Made by a program: the position numbers and the translations under genes. Below, in pieces: positions 39,832 through 53,371 of a stretch of 64,000 nt of DNA. Source of the stretch: Moniliella sp. 'wahieum' (taxonomy: Eukaryota); NCBI GenBank assembly GCA_003971905.1, contig RSEE01000120.1, positions 1 to 64,000 on the forward strand. The letters run 5' to 3'. The notes beneath the pieces were generated by a model. It was not told where the DNA came from. It did no database searches and saw only the letters and a program-made list of their open reading frames with translations. Numbering within the stretch: the first letter of the stretch is position 1; each line of letters starts with the position of its first letter.

Positions 39832-40313
39832 AAGGCGTTTCCTTAGTCTACTCTCTGCGCCCAGTCCGGATCGAGACCCCATGTCCCAAAAAAGTGTGAG
39901 CCAAGAGGGGGTGCATGCTACCTCCAATGGTCGTCGCTTGGATACCATTTTCCCTTCGCTATGGTTTCCCGTTCCGAGTCCTTGAGTCGCTTACTCTCTT
40001 GTCGTACGTTCCCACATGCCACATGCCGTTCTGATTCGTATTTCTGTGTTGCACTCTTTACCAGGGTACACAACTGTAGCTCATGAGTAGGAAAGGATCA
40101 TGAATAGGAGAAAGGTGGAGTTAGAGTCCCCTCAAGTACTTCGGAAGTCAAAGGGATGCGAGAGCAATCCACAATAGAATACAGTTCCGATTATGCGAAA
40201 ACGCACGACACTTGTAAGCTTAACATTGGACCTGCAGTAGCAAAGCAAACAAGGATCAGTGCATCGATCCCAAGCACATGCAGAGCGACTACTGTCTCAC
40301 ACTTTTAGGTCAT

Positions 40314-42630
40314 TTAGCCCTTAGGCCTTAGGATAGATCCATATCGCCCTCGGGATCTGGTGCCGTAGATGAGACCGCAGGAGGGGTGATTGTAAAGGGT
40401 TTGGGCCCTTCGCGTCTTTTGGTGCAGACACAGCCGCGGCACCCTGGTTGGAAGCAAGAGGGCTTGGCTCGGAGCCTTCCCCCTCAGTGGCGCCATTGTT
40501 TTTGGTTGTACTTTTTGTTCCGTGCTGTACGTCGTCTCTCGCTCTCCTCATCGCCATCGCCATCCTCCACTCATTCTCTCATCTCCTCATCTCCTGATCG
40601 CCATCATCAACATCATATCCTCTCGTCGTCCTCTTCTTCATCGACTTCCTCTTCGTCGCCCCGGCCTCTGATGAGTATCCAGTCACTCTCTTCTTCGCTC
40701 CACTTTCCTCTTCGGGCTCGCCCCCGAAGCCAAAGTCCTGTTGGGCTGCGAATTCCTTAGCCCCGCGCTTGTGCCGCTTGCTCCGATGCGCCAAAGGGAT
40801 GCCAAATTAACCGTTTCCCCTTCTGGCGCTGGTCCGTCAGAAGAGGAAGACGCAGATCGTTTTTCTCCCAGCTGGAAGTGCGGCAGCATCGTCCCGAAGA
40901 AACAAGGCATCATCTTCAACATTCTGATACTCACTTCCCACTCCTTCGTCTGTCGTTTTGTCAGTCGTGGCAGTGGCGGGGTCGGCATCCGCATGAGCCC
41001 GGAGGACATGGGGCAAACGGCAACCTGGACGCGTGCACTTGCCCGTCTCTGCGAAATCAGGGCAATCAAATGAATGGAGCTGTGCACAGTCCTTCCCCTG
41101 ATCACACCAACCATATTTCGCGAAGTTACGACAGTAAACGCCTTCCTCGTTGATTTCCTCTCCCTGGGCCTTGGCTTGCTCTCGTTTAAGTGCAGCCTTG
41201 GTTGCGTCCGAGTGGGTATAGAAACACTCGTCTGCCCCAAACCGGCATTGGCCAGTGAGGAAGTGGGTACAGTCGGGAACGCGATGAGGGTCGCGAATGT
41301 GGGACAGGTGGCAAGAGCCCGGTGCCTTTTGGCACCCTTTGGCAGTCAAAGCACCAGGGCAGATGGCCACCTTACTCTCGTCGTGCACAAACGGGCAGGA
41401 CAGCCCCCGTTTGCACTGACCTGTCTTTTGGAAAAATGTGCAGGGTGTGTTTTGGGCAACAGAGCGGCGAGCGAGAGAACGAGAAGACCTACGCCCGCGT
41501 CCACGGGATGCGTCCCGCGCTCGTTGCATGGTCGCGATCCCCTCTCCCAGCTTGGCCAGGCGGGCAGCCGTCTTGGCAGCGGCCTTCTTGGCAGCCGCCT
41601 CTTTGCGCACGGCCAGCAAGTCCTTGGAAATCAAATTGCCCGTCTTGGTACGAACGAATTGTTGACCGTTAAATGAGGCTGAAGAGGGCGTAGCTTGTTC
41701 ACCCGCATCCGGGTGATTGTTTTCCCTGTCGACTCGGCTGTGGTTCAGGCGGGACAGGTCCCTTCTTGATCATTTTCTCGCCTGATTCATCAAACTGGAA
41801 AATGACGCCATCTATGATGATCTCTCCCGTGTCTCCTCGCCGTACAGAGGGCTTGGGCTGGTCTTCTTGGGCTTGACAGGTCGGGATGAAGCGGCAACAG
41901 CTTTGGCCTTAGCCGTCGCTTCCAACGCGGCAAGACGGGCCGGCTCACTGGTAACGAAAGCAAAAGTTAATATGGAGAGAATGCAACAAGACCAAAGTAC
42001 GTACGTCTGTTCATACCGGTCGCTCCGGACAAGGCTTAAGTTGTGGGTGGTCTTGCGTTTGACCCAGTTGTCGGCCTGCCCTACCGACAAGGTCGGGGAC
42101 ACGGCGCCACCAGCTCCAGGAACGGCGGGCACGGGCATACCTGGTGGGGGGGATGCCACCGCGGGGACAGAGGGGGGCGATGTGTGAGATGAAGTGGAAG
42201 ATGCCGAATTATTGAGCACAAGGGTGCGGTGGCGAGATGGAAGGGGAGCGCCTCCTGCGCCCGCTCCGCCTCTGCGTCCACGGCCGTGGGAGTTGAAAGC
42301 AGCAGAATAGGAAGCTCGCCCACGGCCTCGGGCGCGGTAGGACGGATTCCAGGAGCCACGCACGGGCGCGTAGCTAGACATCAAGTGGGGCGGACGAGGA
42401 GCATTGTACGTGGGGGCGGGGAAGGGGAAGGGCGGGGCAGAAGGGTTTAGCGGGACGGAGGAGGGAGGGGGCCGGACGGCGCGGCGGCGGCGGTGTGATG
42501 CTGTGCTGGATGCGGGCGGTGCGGCGGAGCGAGCGGCGGTCTGCTGGGCAATGCGTGCTTCCAGCCGCGCGATCTCTGCCTGGATCTCCGCCGCAGACTG
42601 GGCGGGCGCCGCGGACGAGTTGGAGGCCAT
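40314..42630 (-). CDS. Tandem CCCH zinc-finger protein (ZC3H3/Red5-like); intron near 41948-42004; frameshifted
   Basis: CTFFQKTGQCKRGLSCPFVHD, KVAIC...CHLSH, VPDCTHFLTGQC...CFYTH, CRNFAKYGWCDQGKDCAQLH, CPDFAETGKC...CRLPH. Confidence 0.85.
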
Positions 42631-42976
42631 GGCGGGGAGCAAGACGCCAGCCCCGGCGGCTGCTTGGGAGCCCCAGCTGGCTCTGCGTTAGATGGGCCCA
42701 GGGCGGAATGGAGGCGGGGCGGAATGCAAATATTGAATTCAATCGGCAGCAGAGCCATGGCGTGCATGACGCGCGTATGGCGGCGGGTGATGCATGATGC
42801 ATGATGCACACTAGGTTTGCACTGAATTAAATTACTGCCATCCATCCCAGCCCAGCGCCTAACTTCCGACAGCGTGCAAGCTGGCGGGCGGACGCGTTGC
42901 GTTGACCATTCAGACTGAGTTCGCCGGCCAGGCTAACCCGCCTCGCCTCGCACACTCTATCCCCCACTCCAGCCCC

Positions 42977-44284
42977 ATGCATGCCGCCCTCGCGGACGAG
43001 TGGGCAGCACTGCAGGCGGAAGCACACGACCACGCCAGCCAGGCCCTGGATGCTGACCAGCGCGCCGCGCTTGCTCCTGACGCCCTCTCGCCCTTCTGCT
43101 CCGCCGCCGATGCCGTGGCACGCCTGTTGCCTTACCACGTCTTTGACAGTCCGCACCGAGCATCCGGCTGTGAACGATCGCCCTGATCACCCCCATGACC
43201 CCATCCATACTACGCCCTCTGACACTGGTGCCTGCTATCCTTCCCCACGCGAGAGCATTGCACTCTGGTCGCGCTACTCATCGCTGTCTGATCGCTACCG
43301 ATCCGCACTCGTCCGCTCTGATGGCGGTCGCACGAGGGCCCAAGAAAACGCTTCATGCAGCTTCAGATACGACATCTCTCTGCCGATTACGAGCGAACAT
43401 CTCGCTAGCGAACAACCCAACTCAACACGCTTCGCCGAATACGAGGGTGGGTACGCTCTAATCCACGCTTGGGTCCTACCCTCCCCACCCAGCCCCCTCA
43501 AAGCCACAGTGTGCTCCAACAGCACCTGTTTCTAGCGCCGACACTTCGACCCCTTCATCTACCGCGCCACCCCAACCAACTCGTTCCCCGGCCGGCTGTC
43601 GTGTCTGCAGCGAAACCGAAGGTCGTCCAAGTAAAAAACGAGGACGCAAGGCTAAGTCTGATTTGGCTGCCGCCATGACAGCTGTAGCCAGGCGCCAACA
43701 CCACTTCTCGTCCGCCCTTTCCCCCGCCCCTCGTTGGTGCAGGTGCTAGCCCGGGCTTTATGCGTCCTAACCCCACCGCAGGAGGCCCTCCACGCAACAC
43801 TGGACCGAGACGGCATTCCCTTTGTCCTCCAGATCCCACTTACATGGCTCACCCGTCTCACTCAAGCTGGAATTCAGCCGTTACCCGCCCCGTACCTCGT
43901 TCCTGCTCTCTCAGCCTCCGGGCCACAAAGCGGCGTAAGAGTCGGACCTGATACGGCTCCCCGACCACCTTCGGCCGAACAAAAAGAACCGCCGTTCTAG
44001 TTGGCATCACCCAAACCGTCCCACCCAACGCACCCACCTCTCCACCTGTCCAAATCCTCCATATTTCTCTTCGGTGGGATAAGCTCGCCCCGCCTCAATT
44101 GACCACGGTCGTCAACCTTCTCAACTCAATCCAGCAGGCGAGTGCGCCTACTTTCCCAGGGAGAGTCTTCCCGTCCATCCCAATAGGACCCAGTGGTGTG
44201 CTGCCGTTCGCACCCACTGGATCCGTTCCGGCACAATCTTTAGGAAGCGGAGCGTCCTCGCCAACTCAAAGGCCAAGCCAGTGA
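42977..44284 (+). CDS. GLTSCR1/BICRA-domain protein; frameshifted
   Basis: DQRAALAPDALSPFCSAADAVARLLPYHVF matches the GLTSCR1 domain signature PFxSxxDAxxRLLPYH. Confidence 0.7.
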
Positions 44285-45124
44285 ATAACGTTGGTTTGGC
44301 ACCAACTCTGCTCTTTCAACTGCTCTGGTATGCACAAGTCTAACACATGTGAAACGAATTTGCCACAGGAAGACGGGTGGAACCGGCGGATCTGCACTGT
44401 TGGCCTCGCACCGCAGAAAAAATCGTCTCGGCCTCCCTTGCTCATGATGTGTCGTGAGGACGATGATCCTAGTGGCTTGATACCTCCGAGCTCTCTCCGC
44501 CGAGTCGATTAGCAGGGGAAGCTATTGGTGTATTGAACTGATTCATCCCCGAGTGTTTGCTACCGAAGTTGTTTGTGGTACATTCTGGGGACCGACGAGT
44601 TCGTGTCTATGCTGTGCAGAAAATCTATAACACCTTGCGATCCACAGGGAGGGGAGGGGTAGGGATTGAACGGAGGATGCGAGGAGTCAATCGTTGTAGT
44701 CGAATAAGCGTTGACTGGAAACACGAGACTGGTGGGCAGTGGGACTGGTCGCATTTTTCATTTATCTCTCTTTGCTGGCGATACCACACTGGCTTCCTGA
44801 ATAGCCTGGTAAGCACAGCGTTTCTTTTGTCCCTGACTGAAGTTGTGCAAATGCATGGACGCAGCAACATATCCAACGGTTGTTCTTGAGGTGTATCCGC
44901 TCCCCCCCGGACCGCATACGCAACGTTAGCGCGTGAACTGAATTGAATCGGTGGTACCCGGGCTTGTCGCTGCTGGGAGTCTTCAGCGAGGCGCAAAGGC
45001 TGGATACTCGGGCTTAAGAGACTACGGCGTAGGAAGTGTAACTCCTAACCCACAAGTTAACATAGCAAAAGGTATTCATATCAATCAGCCCCATCGAGGC
45101 CAATGAAAAGGAAAAGATTTTAGA

Positions 45125-45314
45125 GGTGAGCGCCAGCGACCAGTGTGTAAGGGAGGCGGCACTCGTGGCGACCTCGTGTGCAAGCACAAGCGATGGAAGC
45201 CGAAGAGACAAAGAGTGGAATGACAAGTACAGCTGGGCAGTGCCCAGCGTAACAGTTGTCAAACTGTTAAGAACAGATACTACACTTGATCTAAGCCAGA
45301 AGGCCAGAAGAGTT
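45125..45314 (-). ncRNA. U2: U2 spliceosomal snRNA
   Basis: Minus strand reads GCCTTCTGGCTTAGATCAAGTGTAGTATCTGTTCTT (stem I plus branch-point recognition GTGTAGTA). Stem IIa TAACAG/CTGTTA, stem IIb GCTGGGCA/TGCCCAGC, 3' stem GAGTGCC/GGCGCTC; about 190 nt. Confidence 0.93.
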
Positions 45315-45344
45315 GGGGAAAACAGAGATGCCCCGACCAAGCCC

Positions 45345-45351
45345 TTATATA
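45345..45351 (-). promoter_or_regulatory. TATA box of the U2 gene
   Basis: TATATAA on the minus strand about 30 nt upstream of the predicted U2 5' end. Confidence 0.65.
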
Positions 45352-47416
45352 GGCCTGTCGGTCCTGCAACCCTACCAGTGATCCCAGGTCACTGATCGAG
45401 ATCATCACCGGTTCGATCAGCTTCACTTCTCGCAAGGAGGCAGTGTCACGAGAACATTTATTGCGGAAGGTGCATTCCACGGGCCCTGTGCCCGCAATCC
45501 CTGCCTCCACCTGCCAGCCTCCACGGGGCACGGGCCTCCACTGCCTCGCAGTTTCCGCCGTCGAGTTCCGCCCGAGCAATACAGGTGATAATCATCCATC
45601 ACCGGTATTGCGTTTCCACCAGGCTGGCTCGTCCGCCGGCGTAATATGTTAGTACTTAGTGTAGTAGTTGTGCGAACCAATCAAGGAGCCAATAGCGTCG
45701 CCAATTCAGAACCCTCTTGCTCCCGCCATCCGCTTCCCAACCGGATGAAGCACGCATGGATTCGAATGAGCATAGTAGGCATGTGAGTAATGACTCATCT
45801 TAATGAGACTCCTCAGTATATACTGGCATTTCCAGTCCTCAAACATCATCAGTCCTGTTGACGCATAGTTACCAGCCCATCATCCATACCAAGCCGGGGA
45901 AGAATGGCCATAAGTATGTCCGTGGTACATCGCATTCTTGCACTGTGGTCTTTGAAAAGGCAAAACGTGGAGCGTCAAGGAGTAATACTGTGCGTTGTTG
46001 TTGGTGACTGTGTAAAAGCGCGTCTTGAACAATGCCTGCGTGTTCCATTCTTACGAGATATATATATGTCAAGCTTCCCGATCATTTGCTGGCCACGAAG
46101 TTCACTCAGGCTCTGGTACTTTGGCAGCCTCTCACGTCTTCGTGCTTTGCTGACTATCACTTGCCCACATCAAATCGTATCCGGAGTGCTCCTGTCAGTT
46201 CATTACACTGTGGGTCCGGGGTCCCCTCATAAGGCCTGATCCCCGACCCCGTAAAAGCTAAGGGGATATGGCAACTTTTCTGCTTTGTAGGAGTGATGGG
46301 CCCATATCTGAGAGCGTCAAGAACTTATAGTACCTGTGTCCATTCCACTCGGCCCGAAGATATCGACACATTGATTCATCTCGATATACACATCCCCGTA
46401 CCTCCTTTTCGTGTATATATAGCACGGGCCAAGATTTGAACAAGATCAGCGGTATGAGTATCAACCCAATGCGAAGGGCTAGCTTCCTCTGCAGTCCTGG
46501 AATGGTGTGTGGCCTTAAATCTTGCCTGGCTCAGTTAAATGATGGGGTGTGTAGGAGGGAGATTGCTTCGGATGACAGGTATTCATTCAGGCTGCATGGA
46601 ATGGCGCCTTATACCAGAGGAGAAGGAGAAGCTATCACACGGTAAACCACGCGTGATGAGGGGAAAGAGACACAAAGGGGGCAAGGAAGATCTAGAACAA
46701 GGATCATACCCACATCCTGTGGGAATGTGTGTGTGATCCGTCAGTGTGTCTACTTCTCCCCCGCCTGCCTTTCATCTCAACCGTTGAGCCGCCGGGTGGC
46801 TCGTGCTTTATTGGCCAACTTCTCCCTTCAGTTCCTCCTCAGTCCTAGGAGTTCCGTTGTTTTATTTTTCCTGCTTTTCCTTGTTCCGCATCTTAGCCCC
46901 TGGTGGCGACTCGGTTGCTGGTTGGCTTAGACCACCGCCACCACCACCACCACAGGGGGGTTGCATCACTCTCGAGGACCATCCGGACTCCAGGTCTTAT
47001 CATCTATCTCTGATCTTCAAATGCATGTGACACCAGGGGGAGTGTCTATTCGTGTATTCGTGGGTCCTATATCTTTTCTCATCGCCTTTGATTCTCTCAG
47101 TCAGAACAGCCAGAGCAGCTGTTACGGTTATATTACTCGCGATTTTGGAGTTTCTTGGTGTCCCCACCCCCCGCATAGTGCAGACGATACAGAAAAGGTG
47201 TCACGTGTCTATCCCCTTTGTCATGTGCTAGCATGCGACGCGTGATGGTCACGTGTTGTGTGACACGAAATAGGGTGCTCGTAGGGTTGTCGTAATTAAC
47301 ACCCAGCACCACCAGCAGGGAGCCGGCAGGTAACCCTCCCCGCATAACCACCGCCACCACCACCACCGCAACCGCAATCACTGCCACGATCACCACGCAT
47401 CAGCGACGCGGAAGGC

Positions 47417-50400
47417 ATGGGAAGCGATGGCGATAGCGAAGTCCAAACGCTCGTCGAGCGTTGACTCGCCCGAGCCGCCTGCTGCGCAGCCCGCAAGAGA
47501 CACCGCTCGCGCACCACCGAGCTAGCTCCGCGCCCACACCCACGCCGACATCTCAGCCCGGCATTCGGCCAACCTGGGTGGGCGATTGACCTTTGCCCCA
47601 GTTGGAAGCAGTGCTCGTCCCCGTCGCTCAACTCGTGTCGTCTCTCCACATCCTGCCCCCTCTCTCCGTTCTTCTCGCTCTTCCCGCCCTGCGTCTAGGC
47701 AACGCGGAGCTTCACAGCGTACCTTGCCCTCTCGCTCCCCCTCTCCGCACCTCAGCATCAGCAGTGATACAGAACCCGTACATCTGCCTGCATCACCCAG
47801 TCGGCCACTTCCGAAGAACTCTCTGCGCTTTCCGCACCACTCAAAAGCGAGCTCATCACGACGACTGCGTCCCAAGACGATTGTCCTATCCGATTCCGAT
47901 CACGAAGCCATCGACTCGGATTCATCAGCTTCCGAAGAGCTACTCCCTCCTTCCGCCCCATCGCAGTCGCGCATCAATCATTGTTCGAGTCGAAGCACCG
48001 CCACGCCACCCGCGCCGCCTCACTCGTACATCCTGTGGTCATACATGATTCCATCCAACAGTCCCTCTTTGCGTTCCCATGGGCTACTGCTTTTGCCCCC
48101 ATGACACTGTCTGAATTGGCGGTTCACCCAGCCAAGGTAGGTGCAGTTCATGGCTGGATGCGAGAGGCGCTGCTAGGCCCCCCGAGCCTCCGTCGTCTGC
48201 GTCGTCTTCTCTGCATTCGCGGGCCCACAGGATCGGGCAAGAGTGCCCTCGTTGAAGCACTTAGTAGAGAGGCCGATTTTCGCGTCACTGCCGACGCCAT
48301 CATTTTTGGTGCCCGCAACTACACGGTGACAGGAAGATCCTCCAAGCCCCTTTCATACCCTAAACCCATCCCAGGGGATCCCAATTGGGGGTTCGAGGCC
48401 GTGCCATTTAATGCACACACGCTTCCCTCGGCATCGCGGGGCATGTGGGATGGCGGTGAGTTAACATCTGTATCAACTGCTTTCGGCGCCTTCCTCCACG
48501 AAGCGGGAAGCGGTCGAACCTTGGCCTTTGCGCCCCCCGAGAAGGAGAAGAGCACAATGCCCGCTCCCTGCCTCCCTTCCAGCTCTACTCATCTTCCGGT
48601 CGCACCCGTGCACCACCTCGATCGCCTCCATCATCGGTTTCTTCTTCGGGCCTGCACCGTGCCATCTCGTTAAGCCCATCTGCCACACGGCTTCCCTTGA
48701 GTCAACTCTCTACACTGCTAGAGGATCACGAACCTTCGGCCTCCAGCAACAAGCAAAAGCCTTAGGGCCACGTAGCCCCTGGCGCCGAACCCAGTCCACA
48801 CCTCATGGAATGTTGCCCCATCTGGCTATGCCCGCTCTCCCTCCCTTGGACGGAACGGGGTCGGGAACCGAAGCCGAATCGGGTCATCGGCATAAGTTAA
48901 TTATTGTCGAAGACCTACCCAACCTGTATCACAAACCAACCCGGGATGCATTTCAAGCTGCTTTGCTTGCTTTTCTAAGCCAGCCTGACACTCTGGCTGC
49001 CCCTGTACCGCTCGTATTGCTTCTCTCTGAATCTGCACCTCAACTCGGAGCATCGCCAGAGGATGGAGAGGGCGAAGCTGCCGCTGCCTCGCATGCCGGC
49101 GCGGGTTTAGGTTGGTCTGATCGACTGGCCAACGTATGGGATGCACGCACACTCTTGGGCGATGTACGGCTGCAGGCAGGCTATGCTGATGTTGAACTCA
49201 ACCCAGCCAGTATGACAATGCTCAAACAGGCACTCCGCCGGACAGTTGATTGTGCTTTGAGCTTTTGTGCCTCCAAGGCTGGGCCAACAGCTATTGACGC
49301 TCCACTGGAAGGACCCACCTTGGCCAGAGCCGAGGCGCATGCCGGATTTACTCGGGTAATGGGCTACGCTGCTGCTGATGCCTTGGCTCGGTCATCCCTG
49401 ACGGGGGATTTGCGAGGTGCCAGTATTGCCCTCCAAGAAACATTACGGACCATGACCCAAGACCGATCTGGGTGCCCGCCACAGCATCCCCCAGCGACGG
49501 GGATGCCAGGGAAGAAACGTCCTAGGGCAGGTACGAAAGCACTCGCACGATTGGAGGAAACGGAGGCCAGGGCAAAAGCAGAGCAGGAATGGGACCCGTG
49601 GTGGAGAAGGTGGCAGCGCGGGTGGCGGGACTGGATCTGTGGCACTTGGTCGGAAAAGTCCTATATAACAAGCAAGAGCCCGCTCTTCCCTGGGACCGAC
49701 CCCGCAGTCTACCTCAGTCATCCCAAGTGGGCGAGCAGAGCAGTACCCATGGTCGAGACAAATTATTGGACGGGGTTTACGGGCCCAGCAGGCCCTGTTG
49801 GTCCACAACGAGTTCAACGCAGCGACTGGCATCTAAATGTCCTTCTGGCACGCCGCCCGTCGGCCCGCCTGGCCCAAACTCATGCAGCAGCCAGCGACGG
49901 ATCCCCTTAAACTCTGGGGCTCTTACCGTCAGCCCCGCTGATTTATCTCTTTTTTTGCTTGACAATGCCCCGCGATTCACCTCAGCACATGAGCAGATGC
50001 TCTCCTACGCCCGAGGCCGTGGTCTCCCCGTCCCCCCCGAGTTTGACGACCCATCTTTCGACAAGCTGTCTGTGCCCGCTCCCGATCCCGACGGTCAGAG
50101 TTTGATTCGGATGCAACACAGCCAGAGGAGCTATCTGAAGCGTCTTCGGCTATTCCGCTCGCATCTGCGCCTCTGGTGCGCAAGGCAACTGGGTTGCTGG
50201 CTAGCGCGAGGATAGCCGATGCTCTTAGCTTGGCCGATGCATATTTTGGCTCTCCTGCCGGCGGGAGTGGACCAGGGGATGCCATCCTCATCGGGGCGGC
50301 AAGAGTCTCAACCCGTCGTCTTTGGCATTCGGATCAGGGGTATCAAGCGTAGCCGAAGAATACGAATTCCATACGGCCGTTCGGGGTGTCACGACGCACA

Positions 50401-51072
50401 TGCCTCCGTACCTCGTCATTGGCTCTGACGGTCGCCTAACCGAGTCCAGCACCGCTGAGCCCTCACGCCCCTCGCGCTGGACCAAAAGGCCGCACGATGC
50501 CCCGCCACCTCCCAAGGTGCGCAAGCCCGAGTGGTATGCTGCCCGACGTGCGGCTCAGGCGGCCCATGCCGAGTTGCGTGATGCCTTACGACCAATTTCC
50601 ACCATCCCCACGGCGCCCATTTATGCCTCGGATCCTTTCTCCTGGCCGCTGCTCGGCCGGCTCTCAAAGGTGCCTTGTGAGTGTACCTGATACTCTAATA
50701 TCTTTGCCCTGGGTGAGATGCTGACTGTTTGAATTGCTAGTGACAATGTCCCGTACCGCCGTATTGCGCAAGTTGGCCGCCGTGCCAGAAGCAAAGGCTG
50801 AGGCTGGGTCGGATACTGAGGCACTCGTTGCCGACGATGGGGGCGGGGGAGGGGGAGCGGATGAGACGGACACGCCGGTTGCGGCGTTACATCGGAACAA
50901 TGCACTCGACGGCTCGCCAGAGCAGCTTCTTGATGAGCTCGGTGAACTATCCGACGACGCCATTGAGGATGCGGATGGACGTGCACCTGGTGGGTCGATG
51001 GACATCGACGATGATGATGAGTTTGAGGACGAAGAGTGGGAGGCGGTCGCACTCACCCTGGACCATTTGTAG
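47417..51072 (+). CDS. RAD17: Rad17/Rad24 checkpoint clamp loader (AAA+); intron about 50677-50740; frameshifted
   Basis: WATAFAPMTLSELAVHPAKVGAVHGWM, Walker A GPTGSGKS, KLIIVEDLPN, GDLRGA, LDLWHLVGKVLYNK. Confidence 0.85.
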
Positions 51073-51154
51073 CCTTGGACTTGAATCGATTGTTGGCTCA
51101 CTGTCTTTGTAGCCTCTAATCTGATTTGCTCGGTGGTTGGGTCCTGTTAGTTCC

Positions 51155-51345
51155 TACTGATCTGCATTATTGTCTCGTCACTGTTAGTCATTCCCCATCC
51201 ACCACCGGCGACTTCAGGGGAATGCGACTGTCCAAAGCCATAGCTTCGAGGATCGCACGGGTTTGGTAGCAAGTCGCTTCGATTGTGGACCAGCAAAAGT
51301 GACGTCGGTCCATGTGCTGACTGAGTTCAATAGTGTAACCCATCA
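51155..51345 (-). pseudogene. Isolated glycerol kinase (FGGY C-terminal) fragment
   Basis: RHFCWSTIEATCYQTRAILEAMALDSRIPLKSPVVDG(G)MTNSDE..MQI matches the glycerol kinase H..RA.LEA.CFQT.AIL.AM..DS....L.VDGGM.NS segment. The rest of the gene is absent. Confidence 0.7.
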
Positions 51346-51605
51346 GATGCACTATACCAGGCACCTTAATCCCCCCAACGTCCCAACACGTCAACGTAAA
51401 CCCTCCCCCCCCAGATGCAGAAGGAACAGTGTTAGATCCTTCCCCAAAATCAACTCCCCGCCCCGGCTGGCATTAGTGTGGCATAACTGAATACTAGACC
51501 ACACGATGCGATAAGAGCGCATCCACGCAAAGCACACCGCCGTTGCGCAGCCTTTCTACTCGGCAATGATCTCTGCACGTCATGCATTGCAACTATACTA
51601 AGTAC

Positions 51606-53371
51606 TCACACCCGGCACTGGATGTCAGTCCGCTCGAGGATGGCCAGCTGGGCGCCCAGCGCCCAGCCAAGCTCTGTGCCCGCAATTTTCTTGTCAGTTA
51701 CAACCATATGCTTGTCTGACAGCTCATAGCCGTACTTGAGTAAGGTGTGGAGGTATGTCGTGTCTAAACACGATTCCGGTCGGTCATACAGCTCCTTAAG
51801 TGCATCGGGTACTTTTCTACTGGCCAGCGTGCCGGCCATGACAGTGGATCCTTGCACACGTCCGCCACCAGCGCTCCAAGTTGTTTGACGGTGAATGTAG
51901 GCGTCAGCCCAAGGGGGGCAAGTCGATCATAAAAGTAGGAAAGCGCCACAACTGGGGCGCCCTCTGGTAAGCTCTTGACCAAACTAGGTTGGTACACCCC
52001 AGCAAATGCGCAGGGACCCGTGTCGCAAGGGGTGCTTGTCCAGGACAGTCTCCATCACCGCCGCCACGCTTCGGGCCCAATCGCTGTGCCTTGGAAGACA
52101 TGCGGGGCCAGGGTTGCGCGGCGCACATTGGTCGACGGCGGGCCAGAGGCGACAGTCGCAGAGGGGAGAAGAGTGACGTTCACGCTCTTTACTTGGTTGC
52201 GCGTGAGACAATGATGAGGGACCACTCCCTCGGTACTGGGGCGGTGCGGGTTGCGGGCCTGGGCCAGACCATGGAGGAAGCAGAAAGGGCGTGGGTCGCC
52301 TGGCGCGCTTGCATCAGGCCGTATCCCAGGTACGAGTTTTGGTACAGGACATGGCTTTGCCTGCCAAGTTGGGCAACTCGTAGACATGCGCTCCCGGACG
52401 CATGGCTGCTACTTCAGGACCCGACCCGAGTGTGCGTGGCTCAAAGACAATCTGTGTGCTGGCTCCACCCAAATCCAGCACAGCAGCGGTTGGGGCAGAA
52501 GTATGCGGACCCCCAATGCGACCCAGGAGGTAGTTGACTGTAATCCAGGCATACACTGCCTCCTCAGCCCCGTCCATAATCTCGACCGCATTGTGCCCTG
52601 GTGCATCGGCCAATGGGAATGGGTACCGTGTCGACAACATTTGCCGCACTGCATCAAGAATGTCCTTGGCCTCCTTCTCTCCCGTCAAACGTAGACCCGC
52701 ATAGCTTTCACCGCCACAGGCGTGCACTTGTGCAGGGACACGGAACCCGATCCAACGCCGCATCCATCAGCTCATGCAGGCTCTCGGCTGCCTCGATCGG
52801 CCGGCCAGCGTACTTGCTCAGCCCACCCTTTTTTGCTTTGAATAATTCGTCCTCCAACTCGGGCATCGCTCCCGCCTGCCCCCGGGTCTGAGAGCATGTG
52901 TTGAACTTGTACACATGAATGCGACTTCCTTGGCTGCCGGCATCAATCACCAGCCCGTACCGTACCGCGTCCGACCCGGGACATGCGCTGGTTTCGAGAG
53001 GGTTGGAAGCAAGGCTGGGTCGTTGGCGCACATGGCTCAGCGGATGGCTGTTTGACCATCCCGACCATCCCCCACCGTACCCCCAACCGAAGACACTGCC
53101 TGGCCCACCTGGCTACCCGACCTCGCGAGTGCCCAGATGGACACGAGAAGGAAAGCCCCGATGAGAAAGAGAATTCTCCTGGGCGTAAAGGCAGCACGGA
53201 GACCACGTTGGGTACACGAGGACGGGAGCGATGGGTTGCTCGGTGGCCACTCTGGCTCGCAAGGGGGCTCGGCACACGACCTGGACCGCCGGCTGAGGAG
53301 ACGGGCAAAAAGGGTTGCCGGTCATCGACCGTCTCGAGCTCCATGCTCTCCTGCCTTTCTTTGACCCCCAT
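51606..53371 (-). CDS. GDA1: Golgi guanosine diphosphatase (GDA1/CD39 family); frameshifted
   Basis: YGLVIDAGSQGSRIHVYKF, AGLRL, IMDGAEEAVYAWITVNYLLG, AVLDLGGASTQIVFEP, LSYFYDR, ELGWALGA. Confidence 0.92.

Noticed and set aside
45790..45798. Perfect Gcn4/AP-1 site ATGACTCAT
   Set aside because: A single 9-mer with no plausible nearby target (about 480 bp upstream of U2, 1.6 kb from RAD17); can occur by chance.
46088..46212. ORF 45904-46239 contains LWYFGSL...QIVSGVLLSVHYT, reminiscent of the cytochrome b N-terminus (possible NUMT)
   Set aside because: Spacing between the motifs is about 6 residues too long, the DNA is not AT-rich like fungal mtDNA, and no further similarity follows; likely chance.
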